Assembly (NCBI GenBank): GCA_963841435.1
Contig: CAWJCS010000002.1
Coordinates: forward strand, 608,001 to 672,000
Source: an uncultured delta proteobacterium
GTDB lineage: Bacteria; Myxococcota_A; Polyangia; Polyangiales; Polyangiaceae
Direction of reading: 5' to 3'
Length of the DNA: 64,000 nucleotides
Shown: positions 12,028 to 21,279 of the stretch, piece by piece
How the letters are laid out: the number at the start of each line of letters is the position of its first letter
How positions within the stretch are numbered: position 1 is the first letter of the stretch
The notes under the pieces: model-generated
What the model was told of the DNA's origin: nothing
The model's input: the letters and a program-made list of their open reading frames with translations, nothing else
The model's database searches: none
Translations under genes and position numbers: made by a program

Positions 12028-13200
12028 GTGGCACGCTCCGCCGCCGTGCGGTGCACCGGCGCCCTCGTTCTTTTCGCCCTGCTCTCGCGGGGCGTCTTGG
12101 CACGCGCTGCTGAAGCTGGTCCGAGCGCGCCCGAGGCCCAGGCGCCTTCGAGCTCGACGGGCGCGACCCGCTCCACGCCCGACCGCCGCCGCCTCGCCAC
12201 CGCGACGGCCGTCGTCCCGGGCCTCGTGGCGCACGGCGCGGGCCACTACGTCGCCGGACGGACCGATACCGGCACCCGGTTGCTCGTCGCCGAGGGCGTG
12301 GGACTCGGCATGCTGCTCGTCGGCGGCGGCACGATCGCACTGAGCGGGGCGTCGCGCTACCTCGTGGGGCCTGGCACGGTGGTGACGCTCGCGGGAGCGG
12401 GACTGTTCGCGACGACGTACTTTGCCGACGTGTACGGCGTCGCGTCACCAGATCCCGGCGCCGCGCAGCAACGCTCCCGCGTTCCGCCGTCCGTCGAGAC
12501 CGAGCTCGGCATCGACGGGCTCTTCGCGCCCAAATCGGAGGCGCCTGGGTTCGTGTGGGAGCGCGTGGAGGTTCGCGCGGGTCGACTGCGGGTGACGCCC
12601 GTCGCATGGTTCGCAACCCGTGGCACGATTGCGCGCTATCGCATCGAGGGGGCCTACCGCTTGCACGGCCTATCGCCGGGCTCCCCGAGCCCGGGGCGCG
12701 ACGACTACGTCGACGTGGTCGTCGGCGCCCTGCAGCATCGCGCTCCGGATGCCGGATACAGCCGGGCCAGCGTCGAGCTCGAGCTCGCGTCGCGCTATGA
12801 TCTTTCGCACGTCGGGCCGACGCTCGCGGGCGGGTTCGTCGAGCTGTCGGCGGGCTACGCCGCCGGGCGCGTTGCCTACGAGCTCCCGGGCATCCGTGTC
12901 CCGGCAGACTTCGACCCGGTCCTGCTCAGCCGCTTTGGCTTCGGTGCCGTCCTTCGCGGACCGTTTCGTGCTGGTAGCGAAGCTCTCGTCTACTACGACC
13001 ACCGTCACGACGCGCTCGTGGGAGGGCTCTTGCTGAGGGGTCTCGGCAGCGGTGCCGCGGGTCACTTCGGTGCCAAAGCGACGGGCTTTTTTTGCGACGA
13101 GCTCGGGCTCGCGTTGAGCGGCGAGGTCGGCTCGGCCTGGCTCGCGGGCGTTTCGATGGTCTTCCGCCAAGGCGGGGCCACCCGGGGAGCGCGACGATGA
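12028..13200 (+). CDS. Hypothetical exported protein, possibly an outer-membrane beta-barrel
   Basis: Signal peptide, [11 protein letters not shown] plus hydrophobic segments, then many alternating amphipathic beta-strands. Start uncertain. Confidence 0.6.
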   Translation: MARSAAVRCTGALVLFALLSRGVLARAAEAGPSAPEAQAPSSSTGATRSTPDRRRLATATAVVPGLVAHGAGHYVAGRTDTGTRLLVAEGVGLGMLLVGGGTIALSGASRYLVGPGTVVTLAGAGLFATTYFADVYGVASPDPGAAQQRSRVPPSVETELGIDGLFAPKSEAPGFVWERVEVRAGRLRVTPVAWFATRGTIARYRIEGAYRLHGLSPGSPSPGRDDYVDVVVGALQHRAPDAGYSRASVELELASRYDLSHVGPTLAGGFVELSAGYAAGRVAYELPGIRVPADFDPVLLSRFGFGAVLRGPFRAGSEALVYYDHRHDALVGGLLLRGLGSGAAGHFGAKATGFFCDELGLALSGEVGSAWLAGVSMVFRQGGATRGARR

Positions 13201-14285
13201 GGCTCCGCTTCGTGCTCGCGTCGTGCCTCTGTTCGATGCTGGTCGCCTGCGTGCGACCCGCCGAAGAGCGCGCCGAGCGCGACCTCGAGGTGGGTGAGGC
13301 GAGCGGGTCCGGCCTCGGCGTGCACGTGAAGGACGGCCTCGCGGCGGTGCGCGCTCTCGCGGCCAATCGGCTGGTCTTGTGGTCGAGTGCTCCGGGGTTC
13401 GAGCTTTCGCTCGACGCGCAAGAGCCGCGCACCATCAGCGTGGAAATCCGCAACGTGACGCGCACAGCTGAGCTCGTCCCCGTCGAGGGTGGGCCGGAGC
13501 CGTTGTCGTCGCCGGGCGGCACGCTGCCGACCGAGCGGCGCTACGTGATCGAGCTGCCGGCGGGAACCTCGCGCTTCGCCCTCACCGCACCGGGCGCGAA
13601 GCAGCCGGGGGCGTTCCGCTTCGCGCTGCTCAGCGACGTGCAGGAGGCCATCGTCAACGTGCAGGACATCTTCCAGCGCATGAACCAAGAGGCCGACATC
13701 GAGTTCCTGCTGGGCGCTGGCGACCTCACCCAGGGCGGAAGCGTGGAGGAGCTCGAGCGTTACCAGCGCGAGCTCCGCTCGCTCTTCGTCCCTTATTATA
13801 CCACGCTCGGCAACCATGAGCTTGGCGTCACGCCGCCGCCCTATCAGGATCTGTTCGGGCGCGCGTCGTTTCACTTCGTGCATCGCGGCGTGGCGTTCAC
13901 CCTGCTCGACTCCGGGAGTGCGACGCTCGATCCTCTCGTCGACGATTGGCTCGACGGGTGGCTCGCGAGCGCCCGCTCCCAGGTCCACGTCGTGGCGATG
14001 CACATCCCGCCGCTCGACCCGATCGGCGTGCGAAACGGCGCCTTCGCGAGCCGCGCCGAGGCGGCCGCGCTGCTCGGGCGGCTTGCGGCAGGCGGCGTGG
14101 ACCTGACGCTCTACGGCCACATTCACTCGTACTATTCCTTCGACAACGCGGGCATCCCGGCGTTCATTTCGGGCGGCGGGGGCGCCCTGCCCGAGCGCTT
14201 CGATCACATCGGGCGTCACTTCATGCTGATCGACGTCGATGCCGCGCTCGGCATCACCGCGACCCAGGTCGTGCGCGTCGACTGA
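13197..14285 (+). CDS. Calcineurin-like metallophosphoesterase lipoprotein
   Basis: LVAC lipobox; SDVQ, GDLT, LGNHE, MHIPP, GHIH motifs; ATGA overlap with the upstream gene. Confidence 0.88.
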   Translation: MRLRFVLASCLCSMLVACVRPAEERAERDLEVGEASGSGLGVHVKDGLAAVRALAANRLVLWSSAPGFELSLDAQEPRTISVEIRNVTRTAELVPVEGGPEPLSSPGGTLPTERRYVIELPAGTSRFALTAPGAKQPGAFRFALLSDVQEAIVNVQDIFQRMNQEADIEFLLGAGDLTQGGSVEELERYQRELRSLFVPYYTTLGNHELGVTPPPYQDLFGRASFHFVHRGVAFTLLDSGSATLDPLVDDWLDGWLASARSQVHVVAMHIPPLDPIGVRNGAFASRAEAAALLGRLAAGGVDLTLYGHIHSYYSFDNAGIPAFISGGGGALPERFDHIGRHFMLIDVDAALGITATQVVRVD

Positions 14286-14334
14286 CCCTCCGGTGGGACC
14301 ATTCACCTCGAAGAGGCGGGATGGCGCGGCCCCG

Positions 14335-16404
14335 TCAGAGCTCGATCTGCGCGCCCACTTCCATCACCCGATCGGGCGGAATGCCGAAGAACTTGTTGGC
14401 GGGCTGGGCGTTCTTGGTCATCCAGGCGAAGAGCTTGACCCGCCACGCGGCCATGCCCGCGTGCTCGCTCGCGATGAGGTTCTCGCGCCCGAGAAAGAAC
14501 GTCGTGTGCTCGACGCTGCTGATGACGCCCGCTGCTTCTAGCAACCTGGGCGCGTCGGGCTGTTCCATGAAGCCGTAGCGCGCGGTAATCCGGCTGAAGC
14601 TGCGCTCGAGGCGTTCGACGCGGTAACGATCCTCCTCGGGGACGCGCGCGCGATCGTCGGTGACGATGGTGAGTAGCACGATGCGCTGGTGCAAGACGCG
14701 GTTGTGCATGAAGTTGTGGAGCAGGGCGGGGGGCGTGCCGTCGCGCGTGCTGGTCATGAACACCGCCGTACCCGGGACCGCCGCGGACGGCTCTATCTGA
14801 ACGAGGTCGAAGAAATCCGACAGCGGCAAGAGCTGCTCGCGGAAGCGCTCGGACAGGATCCGACGGCCGCGCCGCCAGGTGGTCATCACCGCGAAGAGCG
14901 CGATGCCGATCACGAGCGGGAACCAGCCGCCGTGCGCCACCTTGGTCATATTGGCGAAGAAAAACGCGAGCTCCGGTACGACGAAGAGGAGCACGACCCC
15001 GCCCACGTGGGCCCGGCCCCAGCCCCAGCCGCGACGCGCATAGAGCGCCACGAGCAGCGTCGTGATGATCATCGTGAGCGTGACCGCGACGCCGTAGGCG
15101 GCCGCCAGGCTGCTCGAGGACCGGAAGCCGAGCACGAGGCCGATCGTCGCGACCATGAGGATCCAGTTCATGGTCGGCACGTAGATCTGCCCGCGCTCTT
15201 CGGCGCTCGTGTGGCGGACGTTCATGCGGGGCAGGAACCCGAGCATCGTCGCCTGCCGCGTGAGCGAAAAGACGCCCGTGATGAGTGCCTGCGACGCGAT
15301 CACCGTTGCCAGCGTCGAGAGCGCGACGAGCGGCGGGAGCGCCCAGCCGGGTGCCATGCGAAAGAAGGGATTCTCGACGGCGTCGGGGCGTGACAAGAGC
15401 AGCGCGCCCTGGCCGAGGTAGTTGAGGAGCAACGCAGGCAGCACGACGGCAAACCAGGCGTATTGGATGGGCCGGCGCCCGAAGTGTCCGAGGTCCGCGT
15501 AAAGCGCCTCGCCGCCCGTCACGACGAGGAAGACGGCGCCGAGCACCGTGAATCCGATGCGGCCCTCGTGGACGAGGAACGTTGCACCGTAGCCTGGCCA
15601 AAGAGCGAGGAGCACGTGCGGATTTCCCCGGATCTGGTGCGCGCCGAGCACGCCGAGGACCAAGAACCAGGTGAGCGTGATGGGCCCGAAGACGCTGCCG
15701 AGGCCGGCCGTGCCGCGCCGCTGCAGATAAAACAGGCCGATCAGGATGCCGATCGTCAGCGGCAGCACGAGCCAGTCGAGGGCCGGTGCCGCAACCTCGA
15801 GGCCTTCGACGGCGCTCAGCACCGAAATCGAGGGCGTGATCGCGCCGTCGCCGTAGAGCAGGGCCGCCCCGAACACGCCGCCCGTGATGACCAACGGACG
15901 CAGTCGCGACCGTGCGAGCGTTGACGAGGCGAGCGCCATGAGCGCGAGGATGCCGCCCTCGCCGTTGTTGTCGGCGCGCAGCACGTAGAACACGTATTTC
16001 AACGTGACGATGAGCGTGAGCGACCAGAAGATGAGCGAGAGCACGCCGAGCACGCTCGCCTCGTCGATGGCGAGGGCGTGGGAGCCGTGGAAGCACTCGC
16101 GGATGGCGTAGAGGGGGCTCGTGCCGATGTCGCCGTAAACGACGCCGAGCGCCGCGAGCGAGAGCTTCACGAGGTATGCGCGGTTGCGGGGCGCTTCGGG
16201 CGGCGCGTGACCGAAGGCGCTCGAGCTCGCGGTGGGCTCCGAAGGCAGCGGCGCGTTGCCCCGGGGAGCGCGGTCCTCGTTCACGGACGCCCGGTCGGGA
16301 GGGGGCTCCGCGCGGGGCCTTCTCTTACTTGGTGGAGGGTCGTCGTCGGCGCTCGGCGGCGCCGGTGTGGCGCCGCGGGCCGCATCGTCGGACATGCGGA
16401 CCAT
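14335..16404 (-). CDS. kup: KUP/HAK/KT potassium uptake transporter
   Basis: LGVVYGDIGTSPLY, ADNNGEGGILAL, GDGAITPSISVLSAVEG, TGGEALYADLGHF. Confidence 0.96.
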   Translation of the reverse strand: MVRMSDDAARGATPAPPSADDDPPPSKRRPRAEPPPDRASVNEDRAPRGNAPLPSEPTASSSAFGHAPPEAPRNRAYLVKLSLAALGVVYGDIGTSPLYAIRECFHGSHALAIDEASVLGVLSLIFWSLTLIVTLKYVFYVLRADNNGEGGILALMALASSTLARSRLRPLVITGGVFGAALLYGDGAITPSISVLSAVEGLEVAAPALDWLVLPLTIGILIGLFYLQRRGTAGLGSVFGPITLTWFLVLGVLGAHQIRGNPHVLLALWPGYGATFLVHEGRIGFTVLGAVFLVVTGGEALYADLGHFGRRPIQYAWFAVVLPALLLNYLGQGALLLSRPDAVENPFFRMAPGWALPPLVALSTLATVIASQALITGVFSLTRQATMLGFLPRMNVRHTSAEERGQIYVPTMNWILMVATIGLVLGFRSSSSLAAAYGVAVTLTMIITTLLVALYARRGWGWGRAHVGGVVLLFVVPELAFFFANMTKVAHGGWFPLVIGIALFAVMTTWRRGRRILSERFREQLLPLSDFFDLVQIEPSAAVPGTAVFMTSTRDGTPPALLHNFMHNRVLHQRIVLLTIVTDDRARVPEEDRYRVERLERSFSRITARYGFMEQPDAPRLLEAAGVISSVEHTTFFLGRENLIASEHAGMAAWRVKLFAWMTKNAQPANKFFGIPPDRVMEVGAQIEL

Positions 16405-16418
16405 TTGCTACTCCGTTC

Positions 16419-18794
16419 TCATTGCCTGATCCAGAACACCGTGAACGCGTCGCCGCCCTCGTCCGGCTCGGCGGCACGACTGTGCTCGACGTAGCCGGAC
16501 CCTCCGAGGTGCTCTCGGACCGCGCTCTTGACTGCGCCCGTACCGTGGCCGTGCAAAACGAAACCGAGCGGTAGCCCTTCGCCCATCATGATGTCCAAAA
16601 ATGCATCGAGCCGAGCGAGGGCGTCGTCGACGCGGGTACCGCGTAGATCGAGCATGTTTTCGCTGGTGCGCACGACGGGCGCGCGGACGCTCGACGAGCG
16701 AGGCTTCTCGGCGCGTGGCTTTCGCGGGCCCGCCCGGTCGGGCGCGGGCTCGACGTTGGAGAGCGGCACGGTGAGGCGAACGGCGCCGGCACGGAGGCGC
16801 ACCTGACCGCGTTCGGGCTCGTCTTCGACCGTGGCGAATGTCCCCAGGCGCTTCAGCCGCACGGTGGCGCCCACCCGGAGCAACGGTGGTGCGCCCGGTG
16901 AGGGTGCTTCGCCGCGGCTCGCGACGTGACGCTCGAGCGTGCCGCCGAGCGCGATGTGCTCCGCGGCACGACTCACGCTGCGCTCGGCGTCGCGCAGCGC
17001 GTCGGCGTCGAGGTCGCCCTGCTTGAGGCGCTGCCGGGCCGCGCGGACCTCGTCGCGTGCGGCGCGCACGAGCGCCGTGAGCTCGCGTGCCTCGCGCCCG
17101 AGCTCGAGGTCCGCCTCGCGTAGCGCTCGCTCCTTGTCGCGCTCGAGATCGGCGCGGATCGCCTCGGCAATGGCGAGCTCACCGCGCAGTCGAGCGCGCT
17201 CGGTTTCGAGCTCGGCCCGCTCGCGCTCGAGCTGTCTGACCGCTTCCTCGCGGTCACGTGCGGCGTGCGGCAAAAGCGCCCTGGCTCGCTCGATGATCTC
17301 GGCCCCGAGGCCGAAGCGCTCTGCCACGAACAGCGCGCTCGAAGGTCCGGGCACGCCGAGCACGAGCCGGAAGGTCGGCGAAAGCGCCACGAAGTCGAAG
17401 CCCACGCTGGCGTTCTCGAGCCGCCCGCCGCCCGCCGCGAGCTCCTTCAAGCGCTCGTAGTGCGTGGTGACTGCCGCGGCGGCGCCGCGCTCGGTGAGGG
17501 CCTCGAGCACCGCGGCGGCGAGCGCGGCGCCCTCCTCGGGGTCCGTCCCCGAGGCGACCTCGTCGAGCAGAACGAGCGTCTTCGGGCCCGCGCGCTCGAC
17601 GATCTCCGCGAGCCGCCGGACGTGTCCGCTGAACGAAGACAAGGAGCGTTCGAGGGACTGGTCGTCTCCGACGTCGGCGAGCACCTCGGCGAACCAGCCG
17701 ATGCGCGACTCGGGCGCCGCGGGGAGAGGGATCCCGGCGCGCGCCATCCAGGCGGCGAGGCCGAGGCACTTCAGCGCGACGGTCTTGCCACCGGCGTTCG
17801 GCCCGGAGATCACGAGCGCGCGCCCACCCTGCACCCGGACGTCGTTCGGCACGACGGCGACGCCGCGCGCGGCGAGCAGCGGGTGCCGCACGTCGCAGAG
17901 ATCGATGGCGTTGCTTTCGTCGGGTGTGATCACCTCGGCACGCGTCGCGCGTGCGAAGCGCGCGAGCGCCGATAGCCGGTCGGCTTCGACGGCCGCCGCG
18001 AGCGCCACCTGGCATAGAGCGCGCACCGCGCCCACGGCGCGCGTCAGCTCCGCGAGCACGCGCTTTTCTTCGCGCTCGACGGCGGCGAGCTTCAGCTTGA
18101 GACGGTTGCCCTGCTCGGTCGCTTCGCGGGGCTCGACGAACAGCGTGCCGCCCGATGCGGAGGTGCCGAGCACGATGCCCTCGACGCGCAGGTGGGCGTC
18201 GGCTCGAACGGGCAGGGCGTAGCGCCCGTCGCGCTCCGTGTAGTAGCGCCCCTGCAGGAGCGCCGCGTGCTCCTCGAGGCTCGCGTCGAGGCGCTCCTTG
18301 AGCGCCGTGCGCGCCTCCCGGGCCCGCTCGCGGGCGTCGCGCAGCGTGGGGGACGCGGCGTCCGACAGCGTTCCGTCGGCGTCGAGCGAGCGCTCGAGTC
18401 GTTCGGCGAGGCGGTCGAGGGCGGGGTCGCTATCGACCGCCTCGGCGAGCGCCGCGAAGGCCGGGCGGCGAGCTTGGGCGAAGAGACGCACGTCGCGCGC
18501 AACGCCGAGCACGCGGAGGATGCTTCCGAGCTCGCCCGCGCCGAGCGTGCCGCCGCGCTCCGCGAGCTCGAGCTCCTCGCTCATGTCGTCGAAATCCCGC
18601 AATGGGAGGCTCTCGCCGAGGGCGTCGAGCGCGAGCGCGTCACGAGCGCGCGCCGCGAGCACCTGCGCTTCGCCCGGCGTTGCGGCCGGCGCGCTCCCGA
18701 GAACGCGCGCCTTGCCGGCGCGGCTCACCGCGAGCGAGGCCAGGTGCTCGAGCAGCGCCCCCCATTCGAGGGCCCTCTCGGTTGCCGCGTCCAT
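16419..18794 (-). CDS. mutS2: Endonuclease MutS2 (MutS ATPase plus Smr domain)
   Basis: SGPNAGGKT, DDQSLERSLSSFSGH, LLDEVASGTDPEEG, TTHY; C-terminal LDLRG...HGHGTG Smr domain. Confidence 0.93.
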   Translation of the reverse strand: MDAATERALEWGALLEHLASLAVSRAGKARVLGSAPAATPGEAQVLAARARDALALDALGESLPLRDFDDMSEELELAERGGTLGAGELGSILRVLGVARDVRLFAQARRPAFAALAEAVDSDPALDRLAERLERSLDADGTLSDAASPTLRDARERAREARTALKERLDASLEEHAALLQGRYYTERDGRYALPVRADAHLRVEGIVLGTSASGGTLFVEPREATEQGNRLKLKLAAVEREEKRVLAELTRAVGAVRALCQVALAAAVEADRLSALARFARATRAEVITPDESNAIDLCDVRHPLLAARGVAVVPNDVRVQGGRALVISGPNAGGKTVALKCLGLAAWMARAGIPLPAAPESRIGWFAEVLADVGDDQSLERSLSSFSGHVRRLAEIVERAGPKTLVLLDEVASGTDPEEGAALAAAVLEALTERGAAAAVTTHYERLKELAAGGGRLENASVGFDFVALSPTFRLVLGVPGPSSALFVAERFGLGAEIIERARALLPHAARDREEAVRQLERERAELETERARLRGELAIAEAIRADLERDKERALREADLELGREARELTALVRAARDEVRAARQRLKQGDLDADALRDAERSVSRAAEHIALGGTLERHVASRGEAPSPGAPPLLRVGATVRLKRLGTFATVEDEPERGQVRLRAGAVRLTVPLSNVEPAPDRAGPRKPRAEKPRSSSVRAPVVRTSENMLDLRGTRVDDALARLDAFLDIMMGEGLPLGFVLHGHGTGAVKSAVREHLGGSGYVEHSRAAEPDEGGDAFTVFWIRQ

Positions 18795-18896
18795 GGGTGG
18801 CGCTGTCTAGCACTTCGTTGTGCGCGCTCGCCGCCCGCGCGCGGTGCGGGAAGCGGGGGGCGAATTTGACCGCAGATTTGACAAGTTAAGGGTGGG

Positions 18897-20612
18897 ATGC
18901 CATCGAAGGCTGCTTCCATGCGGCGCTTCGCTTCCGTCGTTTCCGCCAGCTGGCTGCTCGCGGCAGGCTGCACCGACACGCGCAGCGGCCCCGGCGGGGC
19001 CGATCAGCTACCACCACGCGTCGATAGCGTGCCGGTCGAGGTCGTCGTGGACTTTTCGACGACACTCGCCGAGCGGCCACCGCTCGGCTTCGGCGTCCAC
19101 GCGTCGGTCTACGACAACGCCCTGCACGAGGCGTCCACGCCGGATGCGCTACGCGAGAGCGGCATCGCGCTGCTTCGTTACCCCGGTGGCGGCTACGCCG
19201 ACAACTACCACTTTTCTGTACACCGGCTGTCGTTCTTCCACTCGGGGTCGCGGCTCACGCGCGGCTACCTCGCAAGCAGCAGCGAGTTTCCGAGCTTCAT
19301 GCAGGTGGTGGAGGCGTTCGGCGGCGCCGCCATGGTCACCGTCAACTACGGCTCGAACCTCGCGAGCGTGCCGGACGATCCGCCCGCGACGTCGTCCGGC
19401 GCGAGCCCACCACCGCTCGCCGATCCCGAGGGCAGCGGCCCGGCCACGCCCGAGGAGGCGGCGGCGTGGGTGGCCTACGCGAACGGCGAGCCCGACGACG
19501 ACCGCAGCCTCGGCGTCGACGCTTTCGGCGTCGACTGGAAATCGGTCGGCTACTGGGCTTCGCTGCGCGCCGCCGAGAAGCTCGGCGACGACGATCCCCT
19601 GGATTTCCTGCGCGCGGCGCATCCGGAGCCGTACGGCGTCGTCTACTTCGAGATCGGCAACGAGGTGTTCGGCAACGGTTATTACGGCCGCAACTTCGAG
19701 AACGACCTCCACGTCCCGTACGCGAACGAGCCGCCCGAGCAGCGCTCGCGACATCCGAAGCTCTCGGGCATCACGTACGGTGGGGGCGTCGCCGACTACG
19801 CGAAGGCGATGAAGGCCGTCGACCCGTCCGCCAAGGTGGGGGCCGTCCTCACCGCGTCTCCGCTCGACGACGGCTGGGCGCCCGACTGGAACGCCGACGT
19901 GCTCTCGCAGTGCGGCAGCGTGATCGACTTCGGCATCGTGCACTACTACCCGGGCCAGGACCCGCGCAGCATGCTCGCCGGGCCACGCAACGACATTCCC
20001 TCCATCGCCGACAGCCTGTGGGCCGCCTTCGCGGCGCAAGGCGGCGAGGATCCCGCTCGCATCGAGCTTGCCGTGACCGAGGTCGGCTCGCCGCCGGGCC
20101 TCGATTGGTCCAATTACCCCGCAAAAGATCGCCAATCCTTGGGCCTTTTCGCCATGGATGCAGCGCTCTCGTTCTTCGAGCACGGCGCGTCGAACGTCGA
20201 CTGGCTCGAGCTCCACAACGGCACGTTCCTCTCGGAGGGCTCGTCGGCGGCGCGTGGTCCGGCGTATCAGGGTCTGTCGCTGGCCGCCAAGCTCGCAGAG
20301 CCCGGTGACGCCCTCGTGTCCGTCGAGTCGAGCTACGCCCCCTTGGTCGTGCACGCCGCGCGGCGCGCCGACGGCAGGCTCGGCCTGCTCCTCGCCAACA
20401 CGCTCGCTCCCGACACGTACCGCGCCGTCGTCACCATCGACGTGACGGGCGCCGATTTGCCGAGCGACGCCGAGCGTTTCGACTACGTTCCTGGCGAGAG
20501 CACGCCGGGCATCGTGACGGGGCCGGAGCCATTCGACGCTGCGGAGGGCCCGCTCACCGTCGAGCTCGAGCCCTACCAGGCGACGCTGTTGTTGTTCGGC
20601 ACGCCCCTTTGA
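18897..20612 (+). CDS. Clan GH-A glycoside hydrolase lipoprotein (GH44/51/79-like)
   Basis: AAGC lipobox; LRYPGG, TVNYG, YFEIGNE (acid/base Glu), VHYY, AVTE (nucleophile-like); C-terminal beta-sandwich. Confidence 0.75.
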   Translation: MPSKAASMRRFASVVSASWLLAAGCTDTRSGPGGADQLPPRVDSVPVEVVVDFSTTLAERPPLGFGVHASVYDNALHEASTPDALRESGIALLRYPGGGYADNYHFSVHRLSFFHSGSRLTRGYLASSSEFPSFMQVVEAFGGAAMVTVNYGSNLASVPDDPPATSSGASPPPLADPEGSGPATPEEAAAWVAYANGEPDDDRSLGVDAFGVDWKSVGYWASLRAAEKLGDDDPLDFLRAAHPEPYGVVYFEIGNEVFGNGYYGRNFENDLHVPYANEPPEQRSRHPKLSGITYGGGVADYAKAMKAVDPSAKVGAVLTASPLDDGWAPDWNADVLSQCGSVIDFGIVHYYPGQDPRSMLAGPRNDIPSIADSLWAAFAAQGGEDPARIELAVTEVGSPPGLDWSNYPAKDRQSLGLFAMDAALSFFEHGASNVDWLELHNGTFLSEGSSAARGPAYQGLSLAAKLAEPGDALVSVESSYAPLVVHAARRADGRLGLLLANTLAPDTYRAVVTIDVTGADLPSDAERFDYVPGESTPGIVTGPEPFDAAEGPLTVELEPYQATLLLFGTPL

Positions 20613-20645
20613 GGCCGTCGGGGCCCGCGGCGCTCCGTGTGCGTG

Positions 20646-21125
20646 TCAGCCGGAGCCGGTTGCGGCGAGCGGGTGGGTGAAGGTCGGATGGCTGAATACA
20701 GGCGGATTTTCGCCGATCCGCACGGCGAGGACGATGTCGGAGGCGCGGCCCACGGGCTCGAGGGAGGCCGCGAGCGCCGTGAGCTCGTGCGCGGCGCGAC
20801 GGCCGAGCGCTTCGCTGACGCTCAGCGTCAACAGGCAGCCGCTCGCGGCTCTCAGGTGCGCCATCAGGCCCCGCGCGAGCACCGAACGCGCCGCGTGGGA
20901 GTCCAAGTCGCTCTTGCCGTTCGACTCGAGGACGACCTCGTCGAGCTGCCAGCCCGCCGCCGACAGTCGTGTCAGTCGGTTGGCGACCTGCGCCACGAGG
21001 TCGCTCGGCATGCCCTCGTAATGTTGCGCGACGATGGCAAGGTCACCGGAATGAGCCGGATTTACCCAGCGGGGAAACGCGGCACCGAACTCGATCACGA
21101 TCAGCGTGGCGGGGCGATTTCTCAT
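20646..21125 (-). CDS. Hypothetical alpha/beta protein
   Basis: ATG 21125 with a GAGG RBS. MRNRPATLIVIEFGAAFPRW... shows coding-like composition with alternating helix and strand. Confidence 0.6.
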   Translation of the reverse strand: MRNRPATLIVIEFGAAFPRWVNPAHSGDLAIVAQHYEGMPSDLVAQVANRLTRLSAAGWQLDEVVLESNGKSDLDSHAARSVLARGLMAHLRAASGCLLTLSVSEALGRRAAHELTALAASLEPVGRASDIVLAVRIGENPPVFSHPTFTHPLAATGSG

Positions 21126-21279
21126 GGCGGCCTCTCGCGTCACGACGAGTAGCGGCTCGCGAGCCGTCTGGCCAACAAAGTCGAGCGCCGTGCTTGCCCG
21201 ACCGCGGAGTGTCGATGGCCCCGGAGGCGCGGGTCGGGTATCCTTGCAGTTGGTACTCGTGCCGTCGAAAAGGATCCGC

